Origin: Phenylobacterium sp.
GTDB taxonomy: Bacteria; Pseudomonadota; Alphaproteobacteria; Caulobacterales; Caulobacteraceae
Assembly: GCF_037189685.1 (NCBI RefSeq)
Contig: NZ_JBBCIT010000003.1
Coordinates: 106,014-170,013, forward strand
Direction: 5' to 3'
Length of the DNA: 64,000 nt
Below are positions 63,603 to 64,000 of this stretch, piece by piece (within the stretch, counting starts at the first letter, position 1; every line of letters starts with the position of its first letter). The notes under the pieces are model-generated. The model was not told the DNA's origin. It saw nothing but the letters and a program-made list of their open reading frames with translations, and did not search any database. A program made the translations under genes and the position numbers.

Positions 63603-63631
63603 TTGACACGATTCCGACAGCCCCATATGAG
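63603..63631 (+). promoter_or_regulatory. putative sigma-70-type promoter for tRNA-Asp
   Basis: TTGACA (63603-63608), a 17-nt spacer, then TATGAG (63626-63631). The tRNA 5' end is 29 nt downstream. Confidence 0.4.
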
Positions 63632-63660
63632 GGCCGCCTTCGCAGCGCCGGACGGCCCTG

Positions 63661-63737
<77 letters not shown>

Positions 63738-63748
63738 ACGTCCGGCGG

Positions 63749-63787
63749 CGAAATCCCCAGAAGAAATCCCCAGAAGAAATCCCCAGA
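63749..63787. repeat. 13-bp tandem repeat gaaatccccagaa x3
   Basis: Three perfect head-to-tail copies starting 12 nt after the tRNA-Asp 3' end. AT-richer than the surroundings. Confidence 0.9.
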
Positions 63788-64000
63788 ATCCTAGCGATAG
63801 GCCGACGGCCCGCCCCTGCCCGCCAGCCTGCGCCCGACGGCGGCCTGCGCCTCGCCGCGGCCGCGCGACGGCAGCCCGGCCGCGGTCCGGCCCGTGCTCA
63901 CGACCGAAGGCGCCCGCCCGGGACCGGACGCGCGCCTCATGTCTCCAGGCCCGCCCCGCCTGACGCGGAGCGGGCGATCCCCGCCGGCCCTACGGCTCGC

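Noticed and set aside
63791-64000. Possible minus-strand coding sequence ending at cta (63791) after the tRNA-Asp repeat.
   Set aside because: Only about 200 nt are visible, with no recognisable motif and no start within the window. It cannot be supported.

Overview
High-GC alphaproteobacterial chromosome, almost entirely conserved core genome. The gene order looks Caulobacterales-like, which is my inference from synteny. All product calls rest on motifs I recognise in the supplied translations plus gene order; no database search was possible.

Gene content in order:
- tpiA fragment, ppiD-like gene, trpE, then trpG-trpD-trpC
- lexA, ASCH-comEC, gltX, gltA
- A long minus-strand block: lpxB-lpxI-lpxA-fabZ-lpxD-skp-bamA-rseP-dxr-cdsA-uppS-frr-pyrH-tsf-rpsB
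- dnaE, one orphan exported protein, an amidohydrolase
- lolD-lolC/E-proS, DUF1467-mce, a tandem-fused family III CoA-transferase, a small GIY-YIG nuclease gene
- rnj-coaX-birA, then the full nuoN-to-nuoA complex I operon carrying two extra small ORFs
- A divergent P450/LysR pair and tRNA-Asp

I saw no rRNA, CRISPR array, transposase, integrase or prophage genes. Most long ORFs in the track are high-GC shadow frames.

Observations worth a second look:
1. A family of hairpin repeats (GTCAT-[GC hairpin]-ACCCA) occurs as inverted pairs at three loci. One pair is a 39-bp, 38/39-identical inverted repeat boxing the lower-GC GIY-YIG nuclease gene. The other two are gene-less pairs whose arms differ by stem-preserving compensatory changes. 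This resembles a REP/RAYT-type arrangement built around a GIY-YIG nuclease.
2. Exact alphaproteobacterial SOS boxes (GAAC-N7-GAAC) occur at three promoter-proximal sites: lexA, the GIY-YIG gene, and a spot upstream of dnaE.
3. The box near dnaE sits in front of an unannotated 29-codon hydrophobic ORF with a perfect Shine-Dalgarno. This looks like a SidA-type SOS division inhibitor.
4. A lipoprotein ORF and an NTF2-like ORF are translationally coupled inside the nuo operon.
5. A 15-bp minisatellite encodes the linker of the fused CoA-transferase.
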